NCBI GenBank assembly: GCA_038245295.1
Contig: JBBRSP010000001.1
Span: forward strand, 288,001 to 352,000
Reading direction: 5' to 3'
Origin: Candidatus Binatia bacterium
GTDB lineage: Bacteria; Desulfobacterota; Binatia; HRBIN30
Length of the DNA stretch: 64,000 nucleotides
Shown here: one piece after another, positions 43,153 to 53,927 of the stretch
How the letters are laid out: each line of letters begins with the position of its first letter
Position numbering within the stretch: position 1 is the stretch's first letter
The notes under the pieces: model-generated
Seen by the model: the letters and a program-made list of their open reading frames with translations, nothing else
Told to the model about the DNA's origin: nothing
The model's database searches: none
Made by a program: the position numbers and the translations under genes

Positions 43153-43536
43153 GTGAGCGACCATAGGGCGCAAGACAGGCTCTTCGCTGTCGGCGACTAC
43201 TTTGGGGGAGGACTCATCGGCGGCACGACTGCGGCGGCTGTGCGAGCCCTGATCGTGCCGGAAACCGACATGGTGTTGGCAATGCTCATCGGGATGACGG
43301 TCGGTATGATCCTGCACCTGGGGATCGGGCTGTTGCTGACGCCGTTGCTGGGCATGTTTCACGCGATGATTCCGGGCAGTCTGATCGGGATGTACGGCGG
43401 GATGATGTTCGCGATGCGCGACAGTATGCAGGGGCCTGCGATGTCCAAAAGCCACGCCGTCGGCGTGGGTGTTGTCTTTGGGCTCCTGATGATTGTCGTC
43501 GTGCGACTCTACGATCGCGGCCTCCGCGGCGCCTAA
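43153..43536 (+). CDS. Small Met-rich membrane protein
   Basis: GTG after AAGGAG; about four hydrophobic segments with many Met. Confidence 0.7.
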   Translation: MSDHRAQDRLFAVGDYFGGGLIGGTTAAAVRALIVPETDMVLAMLIGMTVGMILHLGIGLLLTPLLGMFHAMIPGSLIGMYGGMMFAMRDSMQGPAMSKSHAVGVGVVFGLLMIVVVRLYDRGLRGA

Positions 43537-44052
43537 GCAACGGCTGTTCGCGGAGATGGACGGACATTGCCTCATGCTCGCGGCCGGTACGGGTGCCGAC
43601 TTCGCGCACTTCCCCGCCGGGCTGACGATCAAGACGATCGACATCAGCCCAGGCATGATCGCGCGCGGCGGGGCACGGGCCGCGATGTATGATGGCTCAC
43701 TCACGCTGCAGGTCATTGACGCGCAAGCCCTGCAGTTTGCCGACGCGAGCTTCGATTCGGTGGTCACCTCCTGCACATTTTGTTCGGTCCCCGATCCACT
43801 ACGCCGGTTGCGTGAGCTCTATCGCTGCTTGAAGCCAGGCGGCCGGTTGCTGATGTTCGAGCACGTGCGCAGCCGGGTCGGGCCGATCGCGTTGATGCAG
43901 GATGTCATGACGTTCATCACCCGTCGCGTCGTTGGTCCAGATATGAACCGTGATAGGTCAGCAACGTTGTGCGCGCCGGATTCGAGCTCTGCCGAGAGGA
44001 CAACGTCTACCTCGACGTGGTGAACTCCATTCGCGCCCGACGGCCAAACTAG
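43530..44052 (+). pseudogene. Class I SAM methyltransferase, N-truncated and frameshifted
   Basis: AAGTG, IDIS, FDSVV..CTFCSVPDP, LKPGGRLLMFEH; 1-nt loss near 43955 with continuation VSNVVRAGFEL... to TAG 44052. Confidence 0.75.
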
Positions 44053-44147
44053 GGCTGCCGGGCTTCGTCGCCTTGTCCTCCCGCGCCCGAACTTAGCCAC
44101 TTGTTGGAATGACATTTGCGCGTAGGGTTGGGCAAAGGAGCCGAAAA

Positions 44148-44540
44148 ATGTCCATCTCACACAAATGTCGTACGGCGATCGGGTATAGCCTCGGGGTTGT
44201 CGGCCTCGTAGCTCTCACGAGTATCGGTTCGGGGAGCGCCGCGTTGGCGCAGGGTGCGGGGCCGGTGACCGACGCCAACGTGGTCGAGCGCGTAGTCAAT
44301 ATGAAAACCCCCGCCGATCACACGGCCATTGCCGACTACTATCAGGCGAAGGCCGCGACCGCTGCCACCGAGGTGACGCGGCACGAGGCGATGGTGAAGT
44401 CGTACGAGAACATGGGCAACCCGGCCAAGCAGATGGCGGCCCACTGCGGGCGTCTCCTCGACGCTGCCAAGAAGGAACATGCCGAGTATGAGTCCTTGGC
44501 CAAGGACCATGCCGCCATGGCGGCGGCCGCGAAGAAGTAG
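44148..44540 (+). CDS. Periplasmic helical His/Met-containing putative metal-binding protein
   Basis: AAGGAG RBS, signal peptide, DH..IA.YY, RHEAM, MAAHC, DHAAM. Confidence 0.75.
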   Translation: MSISHKCRTAIGYSLGVVGLVALTSIGSGSAALAQGAGPVTDANVVERVVNMKTPADHTAIADYYQAKAATAATEVTRHEAMVKSYENMGNPAKQMAAHCGRLLDAAKKEHAEYESLAKDHAAMAAAAKK

Positions 44541-44565
44541 CTGAGTCAAGCGACGCACACGATGG

Positions 44566-44594
44566 GGCACGGCTCACGAAGAGCGAGCCGTGCC
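44566..44594 (+). terminator. GC-rich hairpin after 44540 stop (no clear U-tract)
   Basis: GGCACGGCTC / GAGCCGTGCC. Confidence 0.35.
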
Positions 44595-44808
44595 GGTCGT
44601 CGCCCCGGGCTGCGTAACTCCACGCGCGTAGTAGTGCGTTCTTACTATCCATTCTGACACTTGCAATAAGGGGGCATGGCTGACGTCGGTCTCGGGAACT
44701 GTGATGAACAGCGATCGCTGGCCCTCTTCACCTCCTGCCAGGCGCTCAACCGCAGCGACGCTGGTGGAACGAATCGCGCGCGGTAGACATCAACAACGGA
44801 GGTAGACC

Positions 44809-45192
44809 ATGAGACGACCACTTCAGAGAATAGCTCTCTACGCCATGGGAGGACTCCTCTTCGGCGCAACCGCGCATGCCGCGCCGGTCGCTCCACAATT
44901 GAGCGCGCACCTTGTCGATCCGGCCGCCAAGGCGCAGAAGCAGGCGGCGACCGTCGAGGTGAAGGTCAGCGGCGTGAAGATCATCGACCCGGCATCGGCC
45001 AAGGAGAAGCCACGCCCTGGGCAAGGTCATCTGCACTACCAGGTTGACGACGGTCCGATCATTGCCACGACGGCAACCAAGTTGAGTTTTCACGGCCTCA
45101 AGACCGGCAAGCATTCGATCAAGGTCATGCTCGCCGGCAACGATCATCAGGCGCTCGGGCCGGAAGCGACCCTGAACGTCGACATCCCCTGA
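44809..45192 (+). CDS. Small secreted beta-sandwich protein with GHLHY motif
   Basis: GGAGGT RBS, signal peptide ending AHA, GQGHLHYQVD, GKHSI, NDH. Confidence 0.75.
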   Translation: MRRPLQRIALYAMGGLLFGATAHAAPVAPQLSAHLVDPAAKAQKQAATVEVKVSGVKIIDPASAKEKPRPGQGHLHYQVDDGPIIATTATKLSFHGLKTGKHSIKVMLAGNDHQALGPEATLNVDIP

Positions 45193-45210
45193 GCAAGGAG
45201 GAACTGCCAA

Positions 45211-45576
45211 ATGGGACGATCTGAGATCGCTGAAAGGTCGGCAAGCCTCGAGCACGGAAGCCGCGCGGCAGGCCTCGAAAGTCGGCGTGTTTGGCCGGAC
45301 CCGAACACGCCGCGATGCAGCCTCCACAGTCCGTTGCCGGGCCGTGAGCTGGCCTCCATCATTCATTTCATCAGCTGCCCGTACTGCCAGCGTACCTTCG
45401 ATGTGTTTGCCGCGCTGTGGTGCGCCCACCAGGAGGATCAGCCGTCGAAGGTTTGTCCGCACTGCGACCGTTGCCTCTGTGCGCACCCCGCCTACGCAGA
45501 ACCTCACTTTTGGAGGGACTCGCCGGCGGTTTTTCATGACCGCGGATTCACACGTTTGTTCCTGTTCTATCTCTGA
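45211..45576 (+). CDS. Small Cys-rich zinc-finger-like protein
   Basis: AAGGAGG RBS; CPYC, WCAH, CPHC, CLC. Confidence 0.6.
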   Translation: MGRSEIAERSASLEHGSRAAGLESRRVWPDPNTPRCSLHSPLPGRELASIIHFISCPYCQRTFDVFAALWCAHQEDQPSKVCPHCDRCLCAHPAYAEPHFWRDSPAVFHDRGFTRLFLFYL

Positions 45577-45655
45577 GTCCGCGACTCCACGGTCGTGTCA
45601 TTTGAACCGGCACCGTGCTTGACGATCTCCCGAGCAGCGCTTAAGGGAGCCCGCA

Positions 45656-46048
45656 GTGAAGCGTACTATCACCAGTCTCCTGTTGCTGGCGTTGTTCGCG
45701 GCCGACCTGCTGCTTTGTCCTTGTGTCGGGACGGCGACGGCATCGACGCCGCAATCACGACGCAAGGCAGACGCCCACGAGTGCTGCCCCGCCGCCGACG
45801 AATCCGGACGAGGGCACGGGGCGGTCCCCCAGCATCATCCTGGCTGCGATCATTGCGATCATGGCGGTGCCTCGCTCACCGCCGCGAGCAACGCCGCCTC
45901 GTTCCAGGCGCCGCAATTGTGGGCGATGTCACCTGTGATATCGGCTGTCCCGTTTCTACCTGCTTCCGTCCCTTCGGCCTTCGGAGATCGAATCCCGAAG
46001 CCTCCCCCGTTGCCACTGACGCACCGCACGTGCGTCTTGCTGATTTGA
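45656..46048 (+). CDS. Exported Cys/His-rich leader protein (DUF2946/CutF-like) upstream of the TolC-oxidase-ATPase operon
   Basis: Signal-like N-terminus, CPC, HECC, HHPGCDHCDH, C-terminus PKPPPLPLTHRTCVLLI. Confidence 0.8.
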   Translation: MKRTITSLLLLALFAADLLLCPCVGTATASTPQSRRKADAHECCPAADESGRGHGAVPQHHPGCDHCDHGGASLTAASNAASFQAPQLWAMSPVISAVPFLPASVPSAFGDRIPKPPPLPLTHRTCVLLI

Positions 46049-46051
46049 CCA

Positions 46052-46160
46052 CCTCTTCCATCTGACCCGTCTCTCTTAATTGAGACGTGCGGGATTTCTC
46101 GCGTTTGATCGGCCATACCGCCGCGGCGCGAGCGGTCTGTTTGGAAGAGGAGCGTCCATG
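46052..46160 (+). promoter_or_regulatory. Anti-SD:SD pairing sequestering the TolC ribosome-binding site
   Basis: CCTCTTCCA (46052-46060) is the exact reverse complement of TGGAAGAGG (46142-46150), overlapping SD GAGGAG before ATG 46158. Confidence 0.72.
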
Positions 46161-47612
46161 TTCGGAAAAGCTAGATTGGGCTCGACGACCCGCGGCGGCT
46201 GGTGGCTGTGCCTCGTGACACTCGCTGGGTGTGCGAACATCCAACCCCAGGGCGGATTCAGCGATGTGCAACAACTGATCGCCGAGCGCATGCAGGAACC
46301 CATCTATTGGAGCCAGGGAACGGCCGCCGACGCCGAAGTGCAGCAACGTATCGGCGCCATGCTTGGGGAGGCTCTCACGTCCGACACGGCGGTGCAGATC
46401 GCGTTGCTCAACAACCGCGGCCTCCAGGCCACCTACGAGGACCTTGGCGTGGCGCAGGCCGACCTGGTCCAGGCTGGCCTGCTGAAGAATCCGGTGTTCA
46501 GTGTGGAACGCCGCTTCAGCGGCCAAGCGGCGGAATTTCACATCATCCAGGATTTCCTCGATGCGTTCCTGATCCCGCTGCGCAAGCGGGCGGCGCAAGC
46601 TGCGTTTGATGCGGAGAAGGCGCGCGTCGCCGAGGCCATCCTGAACCTGGCCACCGAGGTGCGCGCCACGTTCTACACCCTTCAAGGAGCGCAGCAGCTG
46701 GTCGAGATGCGGCGCTCGGTGGTGCGCAGCACCGAGGCATCGGCTGAGGCGGCTGACGCGCTGCATACGGCCGGTAACATCAGTGAGCTAGACTGGCGCA
46801 TTGAGCAGAAGGCGGGGACGCAGGCGCGACTCGATCTTGCGACGGCCGAGGACAGTGTCGTTCAGCATCGCGAACGCCTGAATGCGCTCCTCGGTCTTTG
46901 GGGTGAGCAAACGCAATGGAAGGTCAGCGTGCATCTGCCCGAGTTGCCAGCGGGAGAGATCCAACCGCAAGGGCTGGAGGCCCTCGCTGTTGAGCAGCGA
47001 CTTGATCTGGCCGCCGGTCGTCAGGGCATCGTGCTGGCAGCCGAGAGTCTCGGGCTGACGAGCGTGACGCGCTTCGTGCCGGATGTGAACATCGGCCTGC
47101 ACTCCGAACGCGAGGCGGACGGCTTCGACTCGCTCGGCCCAAGCTTGGATCTCGCCATCCCGATCTTCGATCAGGGTCAGGCCAAGATGGCGCGCAGCGC
47201 TGCGTTGCTGCGCCAGCGCCAGGAGCGTTATGTGGCGTTGGGCATCGAGGTTCGTTCGCAGGTGCGTGCCGCCTACGCCCGAATGTCGGCTGCCGGCAGG
47301 CGCGCCAACTTCTACCGCCGCACCGTTCTGCCGCTGCATGCGGAGATCCTCCATCACACCCAGCTGCACTACAACGCCATGCAAGCCGGCGTCTTCCAGT
47401 TGCTGCTGGCGCGGCAGGCCGAGATCGATGCCGGGCGCGAGTACATTGAGACCCTGCGCGACTATTGGATTGCGCGCGCCGAGTTGGAACGCGCCGTTGG
47501 CGGCCGACTTGCCGGGTTGACGATGAGTCCAGCGGAGCCGCCTGCAGGGGCTGAGACGCCCCCGGTGCCAAGTCCGCCGCACGAACATCAGCACCATGGA
47601 GATCAATCATGA
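46158..47612 (+). CDS. TolC-family outer membrane lipoprotein (copper-resistance associated)
   Basis: Lipobox LAGC; AVQIALLNNRGLQA, ADLVQAGLLKNP, YNAMQAGVFQLL; His-rich tail. Confidence 0.9.
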   Translation: MFGKARLGSTTRGGWWLCLVTLAGCANIQPQGGFSDVQQLIAERMQEPIYWSQGTAADAEVQQRIGAMLGEALTSDTAVQIALLNNRGLQATYEDLGVAQADLVQAGLLKNPVFSVERRFSGQAAEFHIIQDFLDAFLIPLRKRAAQAAFDAEKARVAEAILNLATEVRATFYTLQGAQQLVEMRRSVVRSTEASAEAADALHTAGNISELDWRIEQKAGTQARLDLATAEDSVVQHRERLNALLGLWGEQTQWKVSVHLPELPAGEIQPQGLEALAVEQRLDLAAGRQGIVLAAESLGLTSVTRFVPDVNIGLHSEREADGFDSLGPSLDLAIPIFDQGQAKMARSAALLRQRQERYVALGIEVRSQVRAAYARMSAAGRRANFYRRTVLPLHAEILHHTQLHYNAMQAGVFQLLLARQAEIDAGREYIETLRDYWIARAELERAVGGRLAGLTMSPAEPPAGAETPPVPSPPHEHQHHGDQS

Positions 47613-48955
47613 AGTCGAACAAGCAGGGCATGCCACGTAGAGACTTCCTCGTTTCAGGAGCCGCGGCCATGGCTGGTGGAGCTCTTCTTCTCGGCGGCGT
47701 TGGTCAAACGGCGATAGCTCAGGCGACGCCGGAACCCCCAAAGGATCCTGAAGCGGCGCGGCAAGCATCAGGCATGGCCGGGCAAGACTATGCCCCCGTC
47801 ATTGTACCCAACGGTGCCAAATTGCCGTGGAAGATGATCGACGGCGTCAAAGTGTTCCACTTGATCGCGGAGGAGGTTGATCACGAGTTCGCCCCGGGCC
47901 TGAAGGCAACGTGTTGGGGCTACAACGGTGCCGTGCACGGTCCGCTAATCGAAGCGGTCGAAGGTGATCGCGTGCGGATCTATGTGACGAACCGCCTGTC
48001 CGCGTCGACCACGGTTCACTGGCATGGTCTCCTCGTGCCCAGCGGTATGGACGGCGTCGGCGGTCTCAATCAGCGCGCGATCAGACCGGGCGAGACCTTC
48101 AAATACGAGTTCACCCTTATCCAGCACGGGACGCTGATGTACCACTCGCATCACGACGAGATGACACAGATCGCCCTAGGCATGACTGGCATGTTTGTCG
48201 TGCATCCGCGTCAGCGGCCGGACCCCAAAATCGATCGCGACTTCGCGATCATGTTGCACGAGTGGCGTATCGACGCCGGAGCGACTCGCCCAAATCCGAA
48301 TGAGATGACGGAGTTCAACATCCTGACGATGAACGGACGAGTGTTCCCAGGCACCTCGCCTCTGGTGGCCCGCAAGGGGGATCGCGTGCGCATCCGTCTC
48401 GGCAATCTGGGGCCGATGGATCATCATCCGATCCACCTGCACGGACATGTGTTCACCCTGGTGGCGACGGATGGCGGAGAAGTTCCGGCATCGGCGCGGC
48501 ACCCCGAAACAACGGTACTCGTGCCGGTAGGCAGTACTCGCACGGTGGAGCTCGTGGCGACCGAGGGTGACTGGGCGATGCACTGTCACATGACCCATCA
48601 CGTCATGAACCAGATGGGTCACAAGTTTCCCAACATGATCGGTGTGAAGCCGGGTAGCCTCGACGCGAAGGTTGGTCAGGTCCTGCCGAGCTACATGACC
48701 ATGGGGCAGGACGGCATGGGTGATATGGGCGGGATGAAGATGGCGGTGCCGAAGAACAGCATCGCAATGGTCGGTGGTCGTGGGCCGTTCGACAACATTA
48801 CGATGGGCGGGATGTTTACGATTCTCAAGGTGCGCGGCAGCCTTGCCGACTACAACAGCGCGACCGAGTGGTACCCGAACCCGCCCGGGACCGTTGCTAA
48901 CCTGGCGACGGCCGAGCAACTGCGGGCCGACGGCATCGTCACCGATCGAAAATGA
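47609..48955 (+). CDS. Multicopper oxidase, probably two-domain type with Met-rich tail, Tat-exported
   Basis: [46 protein letters not shown] tail. Confidence 0.9.
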   Translation: MKSNKQGMPRRDFLVSGAAAMAGGALLLGGVGQTAIAQATPEPPKDPEAARQASGMAGQDYAPVIVPNGAKLPWKMIDGVKVFHLIAEEVDHEFAPGLKATCWGYNGAVHGPLIEAVEGDRVRIYVTNRLSASTTVHWHGLLVPSGMDGVGGLNQRAIRPGETFKYEFTLIQHGTLMYHSHHDEMTQIALGMTGMFVVHPRQRPDPKIDRDFAIMLHEWRIDAGATRPNPNEMTEFNILTMNGRVFPGTSPLVARKGDRVRIRLGNLGPMDHHPIHLHGHVFTLVATDGGEVPASARHPETTVLVPVGSTRTVELVATEGDWAMHCHMTHHVMNQMGHKFPNMIGVKPGSLDAKVGQVLPSYMTMGQDGMGDMGGMKMAVPKNSIAMVGGRGPFDNITMGGMFTILKVRGSLADYNSATEWYPNPPGTVANLATAEQLRADGIVTDRK

Positions 48956-48986
48956 CAGGACTAGGCAAAGCACGGAGAAAACGACG

Positions 48987-51449
<2,463 letters not shown>

Positions 51450-51532
51450 TCATTCCGTTGATGAGCTCACGTCGAGACGTAAAAAGACAGCCCGGATTGG
51501 CCGGAACCAACTCAGGCCAACCATCCCTATTT

Positions 51533-51660
51533 CCGTCATCCCGGCGAAAGAGACTGTCGTAAAACCAAAGTGGAGCAACGTCATCCCGGTGAAAACCGGG
51601 ATCTCCTCCTGCTGGAAGCTTCGGAAGCTCGCGAGATACCGGCTTTCGCCGGTATGACGG
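51533..51660. repeat. Cluster of three REP-like palindromic units
   Basis: CCGTCATCCCGGCGAAAG, CGTCATCCCGGTGAAAACCGGGATCTC and inverted GAGATACCGGCTTTCGCCGGTATGACGG. Confidence 0.75.
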
Positions 51661-51771
51661 CAAGGTCTGCTCGGTTTCAAATTTGGTTTCCGAGAGAACA
51701 CCAGAAGCGCATTCCCCATTCTCTTTGCGTCCTAGCGGCTCTGCGTGAGCCAACACGACAGGTGGAAGCGA

Positions 51772-53724
51772 TCAACGAGTCGTCGCCGTTGCCGGCCGCG
51801 CCTCAATCTTCGCGCTCAGAGTCAACGGCTTGCCGTCGCGCTGTAAGGACAACTCAACCGACGAGTCGATGCCCAACACGTAGAGCCACTTCTGGAAATC
51901 GCCGACGGCGCCGAGCTTGTGGCCGTTGAGGGCGAGCAGGAAGTCGCCTTTCTGCACGCCGGCCTGTGTCGCCGGACTCGGCTCGAACACGTTGTCGATG
52001 TAGACGCCGCTCTCCGGAATTGTGACGCTGTCGGCCTTGGCTCCGAGTTGTTGCCGCAGCAGCAGGAGCTCGAGCACCGAGACGCCGATCCACGGCGACC
52101 GATCACTTTGGGCCACCTTGAGGGCTTCGGTGAGGTTCAGCACGAGATTGATGGGTAGGATTGGTGTCGTCAGCGGCCCGATGGGCAGTCCATTGGCGGA
52201 TGGGTTCTGACGCAGGCCGATGCTGAGGCCGACGACGCGTCCGAAGATGTCGACGATCGGTCCACCCAGACCACCAGGCGGCACGATCAGCGAGCTTTGC
52301 ACCAACGTCGCCGACATTTGTTCCTGGTAACACTGCCGCTGCGCCCCGGCGGAGACGACACCGACCGTGAATACCGCTTCCGGTCCAGGCGGATCCCCGA
52401 GGGCGATCAGCCAATGCCCGGCCTGTAATCGGTCGCTGTCCGCGAACGTCGGCTCTGGCTCGGCGAAGGTCCACGCCGGATCGGCAATGTGTAGGATCGC
52501 CAAATCGAGACTTGGCTCGGCGCCGATGATCTTGGCGACAAAGCGTCGTTGATCGTGCAGCTCGACGCTGACGAACTCGGCGAGTGTGCCGTTCTCGTCG
52601 CGCACGAGATGATCACACGACAAAATGTAGCCTTGATCATCGACAAGAAATCCACTGCCCGAACGCAGTCGACGAAAACCCGGGAAGAGGGGCTCGTCTT
52701 CGGTGGTGTGCGACCAGCCGCTCGCTGGCGTGCCGCCGCCGGCCGACGGATTCGGTGCGGTGACGGCACGAGCATAACTCGACACGCCGACGACGCGCGG
52801 AAACAGCCGATCGGCCACCGCCGCAAAACTATCCTGCAGTTCTATCGCCGTCGTCAGCCCGGCCGTTGTGGCAGTGCCTTGACCGGCCAGGGGCGCGACC
52901 CCTTCGCCGGTCGAGAAATTGAGTCGGAAATAGTCGATCCAATTCGGCGTGGCGTCCGGGTGGGCCGGACGCAGGCGTGCCAACAGCTCCTCATTCGAGG
53001 ATGTGGCAAGATCCTCCAAGCCGAACTTGATACTTGCGGGCGGGCGTTTGGGCTCGAACTCGACGCGTAACGTCATCAGGAAAAAGGCGACGTCCCACAA
53101 CTCCTGTTCCGTATAGGCGTCGGAGTAAGACGGCATCGCCGTGCTGGCGACACCCAGAGCGACAGCGCGATACGCCTGGCGCGGCGACAGCCGCTCGAGA
53201 AACAAGCCACGAAACGCCGTTGAGGCTGGCTGCAAGCCGCCGGAGGAAGGTCCATCGCCGCCACCGGTGGGCCCATGGCAGCTGGCGCAGTCGTTCGTGT
53301 AGCGGCGTCGCCCGTTGGCAATATTGGGTGGGACAATCGGCAGAGCGGTGGCGCCGAGGGCTTGCGATAACAGCGGGACGACGGCGCGACTGGCAAGCCA
53401 AACCGCTTGGCTCGAGGCGCGGTCGGTGATGAGTGTCTCCAGATCGGCGAGGCTTTTGGCGACGGCGTCGGGCTTTGGATGGTTCGCATGGTACTCGTGC
53501 ACGACCTGTCGCGTCAGCCTCAGGGCCTCGCCGTACTCGGCCTGGTCGACAATGTTACCGTCACGCACGGCGCGATCGTAATCCGTGCCCACATACTCGA
53601 TCAGGTAGACGAGGCGGTGTGAGTCGGCTTTGGGCGGCGCGGCCGATTGGGTGGCGTGCGCCGCCGTGATGGAAAGCAGCAGGCCGGCGACGACAGACGC
53701 GATGCGGTTCAGGGCGATGAACAT
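51772..53724 (-). CDS. Fusion of PbrT/FTR1-type N-terminal domain, cytochrome c, HtrA-like trypsin domain (catalytic Ser absent) and PDZ
   Basis: EYVGTDY..AV.DG....EY.E; CASCH and TAMPSY; SGSGFLVD..GYILS.DH, DLAIL, PGGLGGP; PWIGV, SPATQAGVQKGD. Confidence 0.8.
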   Translation of the reverse strand: MFIALNRIASVVAGLLLSITAAHATQSAAPPKADSHRLVYLIEYVGTDYDRAVRDGNIVDQAEYGEALRLTRQVVHEYHANHPKPDAVAKSLADLETLITDRASSQAVWLASRAVVPLLSQALGATALPIVPPNIANGRRRYTNDCASCHGPTGGGDGPSSGGLQPASTAFRGLFLERLSPRQAYRAVALGVASTAMPSYSDAYTEQELWDVAFFLMTLRVEFEPKRPPASIKFGLEDLATSSNEELLARLRPAHPDATPNWIDYFRLNFSTGEGVAPLAGQGTATTAGLTTAIELQDSFAAVADRLFPRVVGVSSYARAVTAPNPSAGGGTPASGWSHTTEDEPLFPGFRRLRSGSGFLVDDQGYILSCDHLVRDENGTLAEFVSVELHDQRRFVAKIIGAEPSLDLAILHIADPAWTFAEPEPTFADSDRLQAGHWLIALGDPPGPEAVFTVGVVSAGAQRQCYQEQMSATLVQSSLIVPPGGLGGPIVDIFGRVVGLSIGLRQNPSANGLPIGPLTTPILPINLVLNLTEALKVAQSDRSPWIGVSVLELLLLRQQLGAKADSVTIPESGVYIDNVFEPSPATQAGVQKGDFLLALNGHKLGAVGDFQKWLYVLGIDSSVELSLQRDGKPLTLSAKIEARPATATTR

Positions 53725-53927
53725 ATGTCGGCGACGGTATCACGCGTTGCGTATCGTACGCGAGATTCCCGGCGCGCCTCCAAATCTGCCGCAAGCGGAA
53801 ACTTGCGCCTACCGAGGCCGGAAGGGTAGGCGCGGGCTTCAGCCTGCGCTGGACGCCAGACAGTGGCGCGTCCCCACTTGTGGAGCTAGTTTCGCCGGGC
53901 CGAATTGACCACGAACTGGAGGCGCAC

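Noticed and set aside
44676..44808. 36-codon uORF and ACCTCC/GGAGGT pairing before gene 44809
   Set aside because: Six-base complement can arise by chance and the ORF lacks leader features
51533..51660. CRISPR array
   Set aside because: Three degenerate units in mixed orientation, irregular spacing, no cas genes
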